Origin: Auanema rhodensis
Lineage: Eukaryota > Animalia > Nematoda
Assembly: GCA_964057225.1 (NCBI GenBank)
Contig: OZ059894.1
Span: 19,902,001-19,966,000, forward strand
Direction: 5' to 3'
DNA: 64,000 nucleotides
Under the pieces are notes generated by a model. The model did not search any database, had not been told where the DNA came from, and saw nothing but the letters and a program-made list of their open reading frames with translations. Both the position numbers and the translations under genes were made by a program. Of the stretch, positions 1 to 12,400 are shown piece after piece (position 1 is the stretch's first letter; each line of letters begins with the position of its first letter).

Positions 1-30
1 GTTGAGTTTCCATGTACACTCAACATTGCT

Positions 31-102
31 TCCAAAAACATTTTGACAAAAATTTTTTCGAAAAATTTCAAAATAATTTAGCAAAAAGTAGATGTTTTTA
101 GA
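31..102. repeat. Imperfect inverted repeat (quasi-palindrome) present in every monomer
   Basis: TCCAAAAACAT..TTTG..AAATTTTTTCGAAA-aa-TTTCAAAATAATTT..CAAAA..ATGTTTTTAGA, centred on GAAAAATTTC (60-69). Confidence 0.75.
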
Positions 103-176
103 TTCCATTTTTTAAGGCAAAGACGATGGACAATGTTATTCAACGGAAAAATTAATTCTTCAGGGTGAAAATCGAG

Positions 177-198
177 GATATAAGTGTGAACTTATATC
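177..198. repeat. Perfect 9-bp inverted repeat with 4-nt loop, present in most monomers
   Basis: GATATAAGT-gtga-ACTTATATC. Confidence 0.9.
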
Positions 199-208
199 AG
201 TTGATATC

Positions 209-275
209 TCGGTGCATTTTTAAGCTAGCGCAAATCTGATAACACAGAACGACGCAGCTTAAAAATCCGCATCGA
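209..275. repeat. 67-nt imperfect hairpin, present in every monomer
   Basis: TCGGTGC-ATTTTTAAGCT-a-GCG-caa-ATCTG-ataaca-CAGA(A/T)-cga-CGC-AGCTTAAAAAT-cc-GCATCGA; includes a perfect 11-bp stem (216-226 with 256-266). Confidence 0.9.
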
Positions 276-349
276 ATGCACTATACTACATTGAGAAACG
301 CTTAATACAAAAATTAGTTATGATGGTTTGAAAAATGATGCATTAGTGT

Positions 350-377
350 ATGTTGAGTTTCCATGTACACTCAACAT
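350..377. repeat. Perfect 9-bp inverted repeat with 10-nt spacer, present in most monomers
   Basis: ATGTTGAGT-ttccatgtac-ACTCAACAT. Confidence 0.9.
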
Positions 378-702
378 TGCTTCCAAAAACATTTTGACAA
401 AACTTTTTTCGAGAAATTTCAAAATAATTTAGCAAAAAGTAGATGTTTTTAGATTCCTTTTTTCAAGGCAAAGACGATGGACAATGTTATTCAACGAAAA
501 AATTAATTCTTCAGGGTGAAAATCGAGGATATAAGTGTGAACTTATATCAGTTGATATCTCGGTGCATTTTTAAGCTAGCGCAAATCTGATAACACAGAT
601 CGACGCAGCTTAAAAATCCGCATCGAATGCACTATACTACATTGAGAAACGCTTAATACAAAAATTAGTTATGATCGTTTGAAAAATGATGCATTAGTGT
701 AT

Positions 703-2808
703 GTTGAGTTTCCATGTACACTCAACATTGCTTCCAAAAACATTTTGACAAAAATTTTTTCGAAAAATTTCAGAATAATTTAGCAAAAAGTAGATGTTTT
801 TAGATTCCTTTTTTCAAGGCAAAGACGATGGACAATGTTATTCAACGAAAAAATTAATTCTTCAGGGTGAAAATCGAGGATATAAGTGTGAACTTATATC
901 AGTTGATATCTCGGTGCATTTTTAAGCTAGCGCAAATCTGATAACACAGAACGACGCAGCTTAAAAATTCGCATCGAATGCACTATACTACATTGAAAAA
1001 CGCTTAATACAAAAATTAGTTATGATCGTTTGAAAAATGATGCATTAGTGTATGTTGAGTTTCCATGTACACTCAACATTGCTTCCAAAAACATTTTGAC
1101 AAAAATTTTTTCGAAAAATTTCAGAATAATTTAGCAAAAAGTAGATGTTTTTAGATTCCATTTTTCAAGGCAAAGACGATGGACAATGTTATTCAACGAA
1201 AAAATTAATTCTTCAGGAAGAAAATCGAGGATATAAGTGTGAACTTATATCAGTTGATATCTCGGTGCATTTTTAAGCTAGCGCAAATCTGATAACACAG
1301 ATCGACGCAGCTTAAAAATCCGCATCGAATGCACTATACTACATTGAGAAACGCTTAATACAAAAATTAGTTATGATCGTTTGAAAAATGATGCGTTAGT
1401 GTATGTTGAGTTTCCATGTACACTCAACATTGCTTCCAAAAACATTTTGACAAAAATTTTTTCGAAAAATTTCAAAATAATTTAGCAAAAAGTAGATGTT
1501 TTTAGATTCCATTTTTTAAGGCAAAGACGATGGACAATGTTATTCAACGAAAAAATTAATTCTTCAGGGTGAAAATCGAGGATATAAGTGTGAACTTATA
1601 TCAGTTGATATCTCGGTGCATTTTTAAGCTAGCGCAAATCTGATAACACAGAACGACGCAGCTTAAAAATTCGCATCGAATGCACTATACTACATTGAGA
1701 AACGCTTAATACAAAAATTAGTTATGATCGTTTGAAAAATGATGCATTAGTGTATGTTGAGTTTCCATGTACACTCAACATTGCTTCCAAAAACATTTTG
1801 ACAAAAATTTTTTCGAAAAATTTCAGAATAATTTAGCAAAAAGTAGATGTTTTTAGATTCCTTTTTTCAAGGCAAAGACGATGGACAATGTTATTCAACG
1901 AAAAAATTAATTCTTCAGGGTGAAAATCGAGGATATAAGTGTGAACTTATATCAGTTGATATCTCGGTGCATTTTTAAGCTAGCGCAAATCTGATAACAC
2001 AGAACGACGCAGCTTAAAAATTCGCATCGAATGCACTATACTACATTGAAAAACGCTTAATACAAAAATTAGTTATGATCGTTTGAAAAATGATGCATTA
2101 GTGTATGTTGAGTTTCCATGTACACTCAACATTGCTTCCAAAAACATTTTGACAAAAATTTTTTCGAAAAATTTCAGAATAATTTAGCAAAAAGTAGATG
2201 TTTTTAGATTCCATTTTTCAAGGCAAAGACGATGGACAATGTTATTCAACGAAAAAATTAATTCTTCAGGAAGAAAATCGAGGATATAAGTGTGAACTTA
2301 TATCAGTTGATATCTCGGTGCATTTTTAAGCTAGCGCAAATCTGATAACACAGATCGACGCAGCTTAAAAATCCGCATCGAATGCACTATACTACATTGA
2401 GAAACGCTTAATACAAAAATTAGTTATGATCGTTTGAAAAATGATGCGTTAGTGTATGTTGAGTTTCCATGTACACTCAACATTGCTTCCAAAAACATTT
2501 TGACAAAAATTTTTTCGAAAAATTTCAAAATAATTTAGCAAAAAGTAGATGTTTTTAGATTCCATTTTTTAAGGCAAAGACGATGGACAATGTTATTCAA
2601 CGAAAAAATTAATTCTTCAGGGTGAAAATCGAGGATATAAGTGTGAACTTATATCAGTTGATATCTCGGTGCATTTTTAAGCTAGCGCAAATCTGATAAC
2701 ACAGAACGACGCAGCTTAAAAATCCGCATCGAATGCACTATACTACATTGAGAAACGCTTAATACAAAAATTAGTTATGATCGTTTGAAAAATGATGCAT
2801 TAGTGTAT
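703..2808. repeat. 3-monomer (1053 bp) tandem duplication
   Basis: The private variant CAGGAAGAAAA (consensus CAGGGTGAAAA) occurs only at ~1218 and ~2271, 1053 bp apart, and the neighbouring monomer haplotypes match. Confidence 0.8.
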
Positions 2809-5800
2809 GTTGAGTTTCCATGTACACTCAACATTGCTTCCAAAAACATTTTGACAAAAATTTTTTCGAGAAATTTCAAAATAATTTAGCAAAAAGTAGA
2901 TGTTTTTAGATTCCATTTTTTAAGGCAAAGACGATGGACAATGTTATTCAACAAAAAAATTAATTCTTCAGGGTGAAAATCGAGGATATAAGTGTGAACT
3001 TATATCAGTTGATATCTCGGTGCATTTTTAAGCTAGCGCAAATCTGATAACACAGAACGACGCAGCTTAAAAATCCGCATCGAATGCACTATACTACATT
3101 GAGAAACGCTCAATACAAAAATTAGTTATGATCGTTTGAAAAATGATGCATTAGTGTATGTTGAGTTTCCATGTACACTCAACATTGCTTCCAAAAACAT
3201 TTTGACAAAAATTTTTTCGAAAAATTTCAGAATAATTTAGCAAAAAGTAGATGTTTTTAGATTCCTTTTTTCAAGGCAAAGACGATGGACAATGTTATTC
3301 AACGAAAAAATTAATTCTTCAGGGTGAAAATCGAGGATATAAGTGTGAACTTATATCAGTTGATATCTCGGTGCATTTTTAAGCTAGCGCAAATCTGATA
3401 ACACAGATCGACGCAGCTTAAAAATCCGCATCGAATGCACTATACTACATTGAAAAACGCTTAATACAAAAATTAGTTATGATCGTTTGAAAAATGATGC
3501 ATTAGTGTATGTTGAGTTTCCATGTACACTCAACATTGCTTCCAAAAACATTTTGACAAAAAGTTTTTCGAAAAATTTCAAAATAATTTAGCAAAAAGTA
3601 GATGTTTTTAGATTCCATTTTTCAAGGCAAAGACGATGGACAATGTTATTCAACGAAAAAATTAATTCTTCAGGGTGAAAATCGAGGATATAAGTGTGAA
3701 CTTATATCAGTTGATATCTCGGTGCATTTTTAAGCTAGCGCAAATCTGATAACACAGAACGACGCAGCTTAAAAATCCGCATCGAATGCACTATACTACA
3801 TTGAGAAACGCTTAATACAAAAATTAGTTATGATCGTTTGAAAAATGATGCATTAGTGTATGTTGAGTTTCCATGTACACTCAACATTGCTTCCAAAAAC
3901 ATTTTGACAAAAATTTTTTCGAAAAATTTCAGAATAATTTAGCAAAAAGTAGATGTTTTTAGATTCCTTTTTTCAAGGCAAAGACGATGGACATTGTTAT
4001 TCAACGAAAAAATTAATTCTTCAGGGTGAAAATCGAGGATATAAGTGTGAACTTATATCAGTTGATATCTCGGTGCATTTTTAAGCTAGCGCAAATCTGA
4101 TAACACAGAACGACGCAGCTTAAAAATTCGCATCGAATGCACTATACTACATTGAAAAACGCTTAATACAAAAATTAGTTATGATCGTTTGAAAAATGAT
4201 GCATTAGTGTATGTTGAGTTTCCATGTACACTCAACATTGCTTCCAAAAACATTTTGACAAAAATTTTTTCGAAAAATTTCGAAATAATTTAGCAAAAAG
4301 TAGATGTTTTTAGATTCCTTTTTTCAAGGCAAAGACGATGGACAATGTTATTCAACGAAAAAATTAATTCTTCAGGGTGAAAATCGAGGATATAAGTGTG
4401 AACATATATCAGTTGATATCTCGGTGCATTTTTAAGCTAGCGCAAATCTGATAACACAGAACGACGCAGCTTAAAAATTCGCATCGAATGCACTATACTA
4501 CATTGAAAAACGCTTAATACAAAAATTAGTTATGATCGTTTGAAAAATGATGCATTAGTGTATGTTGAGTTTCCATGTACACTCAACATTGCTTCCAAAA
4601 ACATTTTGACAAAAATTTTTTCGAAAAATTTCGAAATAATTTAGCAAAAAGTAGATGTTTTTAGATTCCATTTTTCAAGGCAAAGACGATGGACAATGTT
4701 ATTCAACGAAAAAATCAATTCTTCATAGTGAAAATCGAGGATATAAGTGTGAACTTATATCAGTTGATATCTCGGTGCATTTTTAAGCTAGCGCAAATCT
4801 GATAACACAGAACGACGCAGCTTAAAAATCCGCATCGAATGCACTATACTACATTGAGAAACGCTTAATACAAAAATTAGTTATGATCGTTTGAAAAATG
4901 ATGCGTTAGTGTATGTTGAGTTTCCATGTACACTCAACATTGCTTCCAAAAACATTTTGACAAAAAGTTTTTCGAAAAATTTCAAGATAATTTAGCAAAA
5001 AGTAGATGTTTTTAGATTCCATTTTTTAAGGCAAAGACGATGGACAATGTTATTCAACGAAAAAATTAATTCTTCAGGGTGAAAATCGAGGATATAAGTG
5101 TGAACTTATATCAGTTGATATCTCGGTGCATTTTTAAGCTAGCGTAAATCTGATAACACAGAACGACGCAGCTTAAAAATCTGCATCGAATGCACTATAC
5201 TACATTGAGAAACGCTTAATACAAAAATTAGTTATGATCGTTTGAAAAATGATGCATTAGTGTATGTTGAGTTTCCATGTACACTCAACATTGCTTCCAA
5301 AAACATTTTGACAAAAATTTTTTCGAAAAATTTCAGAATAATTTAGCAAAAAGTAGATGTTTTTAGATTCCTTTTTTCAAGGCAAAGACGATGGACAATG
5401 TTATTCAACGAAAAAATTAATTCTTCAGGGTGAAAATCGAGGATATAAGTGTGAACTTATATCAGTTGATATCTCGGTGCATTTTTAAGCTAGCGCAAAT
5501 CTGATAACACAGATCGACGCAGCTTAAAAATCCGCATCGAATGCACTATACTACATTGAAAAACGCTTAATACAAAAATTAGTTATGATCGTTTGAAAAA
5601 TGATGCATTAGTGTATGTTGAGTTTCCATGTACACTCAACATTGCTTCCAAAAACATTTTGACAAAAAGTTTTTCGAAAAATTTCAAAATAATTTAGCAA
5701 AAAGTAGATGTTTTTAGATTCCATTTTTCAAGGCAAAGACGATGGACAATGTTATTCAACGAAAAAATTAATTCTTCAGGGTGAAAATCGAGGATATAAG

Positions 5801-8800
5801 TGTGAACTTATATCAGTTGATATCTCGGTGCATTTTTAAGCTAGCGCAAATCTGATAACACAGAACGACGCAGCTTAAAAATCCGCATCGAATGCACTAT
5901 ACTACATTGAGAAACGCTTAATACAAAAATTAGTTATGATCGTTTGAAAAATGATGCATTAGTGTATGTTGAGTTTCCATGTACACTCAACATTGCTTCC
6001 AAAAACATTTTGACAAAAATTTTTTCGAAAAATTTCAAAATAATTTAGCAAAAAGTAGATGTTTTTAGATTCCATTTTTTAAGGCAAAGACGATGGACAA
6101 TGTTATTCAACGAAAAAATTAATTCTTCAGGGTGAAAATCGAGGATATAAGTGTGAACTTATATCAGTTGATATCTCGGTGCATTTTTAAGCTAGCGCAA
6201 ATCTGATAACACAGAACGACGCAGCTTAAAAATCCGCATCGAATGCACTATACTACATTGAGAAACGCTTAATACAAAAATTAGTTATGATCGTTTGAAA
6301 AATGATGCATTAGTGTATGTTGAGTTTCCATGTACACTCAACATTGCTTCCAAAAACATTTTGACAAAAATTTTTTCGAGAAATTTCAAAATAATTTAGC
6401 AAAAAGTAGATGTTTTTAGATTCCATTTTTTAAGGCAAAGACGATGGACAATGTTATTCAACAAAAAAATTAATTCTTCAGGGTGAAAATCGAGGATATA
6501 AGTGTGAACTTATATCAGTTGATATCTCGGTGCATTTTTAAGCTAGCGCAAATCTGATAACACAGAACGACGCAGCTTAAAAATCCGCATCGAATGCACT
6601 ATACTACATTGAGAAACGCTCAATACAAAAATTAGTTATGATCGTTTGAAAAATGATGCATTAGTGTATGTTGAGTTTCCATGTACACTCAACATTGCTT
6701 CCAAAAACATTTTGACAAAAATTTTTTCGAAAAATTTCAGAATAATTTAGCAAAAAGTAGATGTTTTTAGATTCCTTTTTTCAAGGCAAAGACGATGGAC
6801 AATGTTATTCAACGAAAAAATTAATTCTTCAGGGTGAAAATCGAGGATATAAGTGTGAACTTATATCAGTTGATATCTCGGTGCATTTTTAAGCTAGCGC
6901 AAATCTGATAACACAGATCGACGCAGCTTAAAAATCCGCATCGAATGCACTATACTACATTGAAAAACGCTTAATACAAAAATTAGTTATGATCGTTTGA
7001 AAAATGATGCATTAGTGTATGTTGAGTTTCCATGTACACTCAACATTGCTTCCAAAAACATTTTGACAAAAAGTTTTTCGAAAAATTTCAAAATAATTTA
7101 GCAAAAAGTAGATGTTTTTAGATTCCATTTTTCAAGGCAAAGACGATGGACAATGTTATTCAACGAAAAAATTAATTCTTCAGGGTGAAAATCGAGGATA
7201 TAAGTGTGAACTTATATCAGTTGATATCTCGGTGCATTTTTAAGCTAGCGCAAATCTGATAACACAGAACGACGCAGCTTAAAAATCCGCATCGAATGCA
7301 CTATACTACATTGAGAAACGCTTAATACAAAAATTAGTTATGATCGTTTGAAAAATGATGCATTAGTGTATGTTGAGTTTCCATGTACACTCAACATTGC
7401 TTCCAAAAACATTTTGACAAAAATTTTTTCGAAAAATTTCAGAATAATTTAGCAAAAAGTAGATGTTTTTAGATTCCTTTTTTCAAGGCAAAGACGATGG
7501 ACATTGTTATTCAACGAAAAAATTAATTCTTCAGGGTGAAAATCGAGGATATAAGTGTGAACTTATATCAGTTGATATCTCGGTGCATTTTTAAGCTAGC
7601 GCAAATCTGATAACACAGAACGACGCAGCTTAAAAATTCGCATCGAATGCACTATACTACATTGAAAAACGCTTAATACAAAAATTAGTTATGATCGTTT
7701 GAAAAATGATGCATTAGTGTATGTTGAGTTTCCATGTACACTCAACATTGCTTCCAAAAACATTTTGACAAAAATTTTTTCGAAAAATTTCGAAATAATT
7801 TAGCAAAAAGTAGATGTTTTTAGATTTCTTTTTTCAAGGCAAAGACGATGGACAATGTTATTCAACGAAAAAATTAATTCTTCAGGGTGAAAATCGAGGA
7901 TATAAGTGTGAACATATATCAGTTGATATCTCGGTGCATTTTTAAGCTAGCGCAAATCTGATAACACAGAACGACGCAGCTTAAAAATTCGCATCGAATG
8001 CACTATACTACATTGAAAAACGCTTAATACAAAAATTAGTTATGATCGTTTGAAAAATGATGCATTAGTGTATGTTGAGTTTCCATGTACACTCAACATT
8101 GCTTCCAAAAACATTTTGACAAAAATTTTTTCGAAAAATTTCGAAATAATTTAGCAAAAAGTAGATGTTTTTAGATTCCATTTTTCAAGGCAAAGACGAT
8201 GGACAATGTTATTCAACGAAAAAATCAATTCTTCATAGTGAAAATCGAGGATATAAGTGTGAACTTATATCAGTTGATATCTCGGTGCATTTTTAAGCTA
8301 GCGCAAATCTGATAACACAGAACGACGCAGCTTAAAAATCCGCATCGAATGCACTATACTACATTGAGAAACGCTTAATACAAAAATTAGTTATGATCGT
8401 TTGAAAAATGATGCGTTAGTGTATGTTGAGTTTCCATGTACACTCAACATTGCTTCCAAAAACATTTTGACAAAAATTTTTTCGAAAAATTTCAAAATAA
8501 TTTAGCAAAAAGTAGATGTTTTTAGATTCCATTTTTTAAGGCAAAGACGATGGACAATGTTATTCAACGAAAAAATTAATTCTTCAGGGTGAAAATCGAG
8601 GATATAAGTGTGAACTTATATCAGTTGATATCTCGGTGCATTTTTAAGCTAGCGTAAATCTGATAACACAGAACGACGCAGCTTAAAAATCCGCATCGAA
8701 TGCACTATACTACATTGAGAAACGCTTAATACAAAAATTAGTTATGATCGTTTGAAAAATGATGCATTAGTGTATGTTGAGTTTCCATGTACACTCAACA

Positions 8801-9477
8801 TTGCTTCCAAAAACATTTTGACAAAAATTTTTTCGAAAAATTTCAGAATAATTTAGCAAAAAGTAGATGTTTTTAGATTCCTTTTTTCAAGGCAAAGACG
8901 ATGGACAATGTTATTCAACGAAAAAATTAATTCTTCAGGGTGAAAATCGAGGATATAAGTGTGAACTTATATCAGTTGATATCTCGGTGCATTTTTAAGC
9001 TAGCGCAAATCTGATAACACAGATCGACGCAGCTTAAAAATCCGCATCGAATGCACTATACTACATTGAAAAACGCTTAATACAAAAATTAGTTATGATC
9101 GTTTGAAAAATGATGCATTAGTGTATGTTGAGTTTCCATGTACACTCAACATTGCTTCCAAAAACATTTTGACAAAAAGTTTTTCGAAAAATTTCAAAAT
9201 AATTTAGCAAAAAGTAGATGTTTTTAGATTCCATTTTTCAAGGCAAAGACGATGGACAATGTTATTCAACGAAAAAATTAATTCTTCAGGGTGAAAATCG
9301 AGGATATAAGTGTGAACTTATATCAGTTGATATCTCGGTGCATTTTTAAGCTAGCGCAAATCTGATAACACAGAACGACGCAGCTTAAAAATCCGCATCG
9401 AATGCACTATACTACATTGAGAAACGCTTAATACAAAAATTAGTTATGATCGTTTGAAAAATGATGCATTAGTGTAT
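2458..9477. repeat. 10-monomer (3510 bp) higher-order duplication
   Basis: Rare markers are paired 3510 bp apart: GCGTAAAT 5145/8655, AACATATATC ~4404/7914, GGACATTG ~3994/7504, CATAGTG ~4726/8236. Confidence 0.85.
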
Positions 9478-12400
9478 GTTGAGTTTCCATGTACACTCAA
9501 CATTGCTTCCAAAAACATTTTGACAAAAATTTTTTCGAAAAATTTCAGAATAATTTAGCAAAAAGTAGATGTTTTTAGATTCCTTTTTTCAAGGCAAAGA
9601 CGATGGACATTGTTATTCAACGAAAAAATTAATTCTTCAGGGTGAAAATCGAGGATATAAGTGTGAACTTATATCAGTTGATATCTCGGTGCATTTTTAA
9701 GCTAGCGCAAATCTGATAACACAGAACGACGCAGCTTAAAAATTCGCATCGAATGCACTATACTACATTGAAAAACGCTTAATACAAAAATTAGTTATGA
9801 TCGTTTGAAAAATGATGCATTAGTGTATGTTGAGTTTCCATGTACACTCAACATTGCTTCCAAAAACATTTTGACAAAAATTTTTTCGAAAAATTTCGAA
9901 ATAATTTAGCAAAAAGTAGATGTTTTTAGATTCCATTTTTCAAGGCAAAGACGATGGACAATGTTATTCAACGAAAAAATCAATTCTTCATAGTGAAAAT
10001 CGAGGATATAAGTGTGAACTTATATCAGTTGATATCTCGGTGCATTTTTAAGCTAGCGCAAATCTGATAACACAGAACGACGCAGCTTAAAAATCCGCAT
10101 CGAATGCACTATACTACATTGAGAAACGCTTAATACAAAAATTAGTTATGATCGTTTGAAAAATGATGCATTAGTGTATGTTGAGTTTCCATGTACACTC
10201 AACATTGCTTCCAAAAACATTTTGACAAAAATTTTTTCGAGAAATTTCAAAATAATTTAGCAAAAAGTAGATGTTTTTAGATTCCATTTTTTAAGGCAAA
10301 GACGATGGACAATGTTATTCAACAAAAAAATTAATTCTTCAGGGTGAAAATCGAGGATATAAGTGTGAACTTATATCAGTTGATATCTCGGTGCATTTTT
10401 AAGCTAGCGCAAATCTGATAACACAGAACGACGCAGCTTAAAAATCCGCATCGAATGCACTATACTACATTGAGAAACGCTCAATACAAAAATTAGTTAT
10501 GATCGTTTGAAAAATGATGCATTAGTGTATGTTGAGTTTCCATGTACACTCAACATTGCTTCCAAAAACATTTTGACAAAAATTTTTTCGAAAAATTTCA
10601 GAATAATTTAGCAAAAAGTAGATGTTTTTAGATTCCTTTTTTCAAGGCAAAGACGATGGACATTGTTATTCAACGAAAAAATTAATTCTTCAGGGTGAAA
10701 ATCGAGGATATAAGTGTGAACTTATATCAGTTGATATCTCGGTGCATTTTTAAGCTAGCGCAAATCTGATAACACAGAACGACGCAGCTTAAAAATTCGC
10801 ATCGAATGCACTATACTACATTGAAAAACGCTTAATACAAAAATTAGTTATGATCGTTTGAAAAATGATGCATTAGTGTATGTTGAGTTTCCATGTACAC
10901 TCAACATTGCTTCCAAAAACATTTTGACAAAAATTTTTTCGAAAAATTTCGAAATAATTTAGCAAAAAGTAGATGTTTTTAGATTCCTTTTTTCAAGGCA
11001 AAGACGATGGACAATGTTATTCAACGAAAAAATTAATTCTTCAGGGTGAAAATCGAGGATATAAGTGTGAACATATATCAGTTGATATCTCGGTGCATTT
11101 TTAAGCTAGCGCAAATCTGATAACACAGAACGACGCAGCTTAAAAATTCGCATCGAATGCACTATACTACATTGAAAAACGCTTAATACAAAAATTAGTT
11201 ATGATCGTTTGAAAAATGATGCATTAGTGTATGTTGAGTTTCCATGTACACTCAACATTGCTTCCAAAAACATTTTGACAAAAATTTTTTCGAAAAATTT
11301 CGAAATAATTTAGCAAAAAGTAGATGTTTTTAGATTCCATTTTTCAAGGCAAAGACGATGGACAATGTTATTCAACGAAAAAATCAATTCTTCATAGTGA
11401 AAATCGAGGATATAAGTGTGAACTTATATCAGTTGATATCTCGGTGCATTTTTAAGCTAGCGCAAATCTGATAACACAGAACGACGCAGCTTAAAAATCC
11501 GCATCGAATGCACTATACTACATTGAGAAACGCTTAATACAAAAATTAGTTATGATCGTTTGAAAAATGATGCATTAGTGTATGTTGAGTTTCCATGTAC
11601 ACTCAACATTGCTTCCAAAAACATTTTGACAAAAATTTTTTCGAGAAATTTCAAAATAATTTAGCAAAAAGTAGATGTTTTTAGATTCCATTTTTTGAGG
11701 CAAAGACGATGGACAATGTTATTCAACAAAAAAATTAATTCTTCAGGGTGAAAATCGAGGATATAAGTGTGAACTTATATCAGTTGATATCTCGGTGAAT
11801 TTTTAAGCTAGCGCAAATCTGATAACACAGATCGACGCAGCTTAAAAATTCGCATCGAATGCACTATACTACATTGAAAAACGCTTAATACAAAAATTAG
11901 TTATGATCGTTTGAAAAATGATGCATTAGTGTATGTTGAGTTTCCATGTACACTCAACATTGCTTCCAAAAACATTTTGACAAAAATTTTTTCGAGAAAT
12001 TTCAAAATAATTTAGCAAAAAGTAGATGTTTTTAGATTCCATTTTTTGAGGCAAAGACGATGGACAATGTTATTCAACAAAAAAATTAATTCTTCAGGGT
12101 GAAAATCGAGGATATAAGTGTGAACTTATATCAGTTGATATCTCGGTGCATTTTTAAGCTAGCGCAAATCTGATAACACAGAACGACGCAGCTTAAAAAT
12201 CCGCATCGAATGCACTATACTACATTGAGAAACGCTCAATACAAAAATTAGTTATGATCGTTTGAAAAATGATGCATTAGTGTATGTTGAGTTTCCATGT
12301 ACACTCAACATTGCTTCCAAAAACATTTTGACAAAAAGTTTTTCGAAAAATTTCAAAATAATTTAGCAAAAAGTAGATGTTTTTAGATTCCATTTTTCAA

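Larger units (their letters stand above)
1..351. repeat. Representative satellite monomer (phase arbitrary)
   Basis: 351 bp; hand count gives 59 G + 51 C (~31% GC), with many A4-6/T4-6 tracts and 11-12 CpG per monomer. Confidence 0.98.

Noticed and set aside
132-148. CENP-B box-like motif on the minus strand (TTTCGTTGAATAACATT)
   Set aside because: It matches TTCG and the central A but lacks the required CGGG.
110-175. Hammerhead ribozyme/retrozyme: minus-strand CUGAAGA (TCTTCAG, 157-163) and plus-strand CTGATAA (236-242)
   Set aside because: The minus-strand motif has no convincing stem II closed by GAAA and no stem I/III partners. The plus-strand motif lacks the essential G8. An Infernal search with Rfam hammerhead models would settle it.
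1-351. Monomer length divisible by 3 (possible coding tandem repeat)
   Set aside because: The frame I translated has many stops per monomer, and the ORF track shows nothing longer than 75 aa in any frame.
1-351. Internal dimer (~175 bp) or trimer (117 bp) substructure
   Set aside because: I see no convincing alignment at those offsets by eye. There is only a 14/20 direct similarity between 276-295 and 338-357, which could be chance.
1-351. 5S rRNA, tRNA, snRNA or spliced-leader tandem gene unit
   Set aside because: I recognise no conserved RNA gene sequence or Pol III A/B/C boxes.
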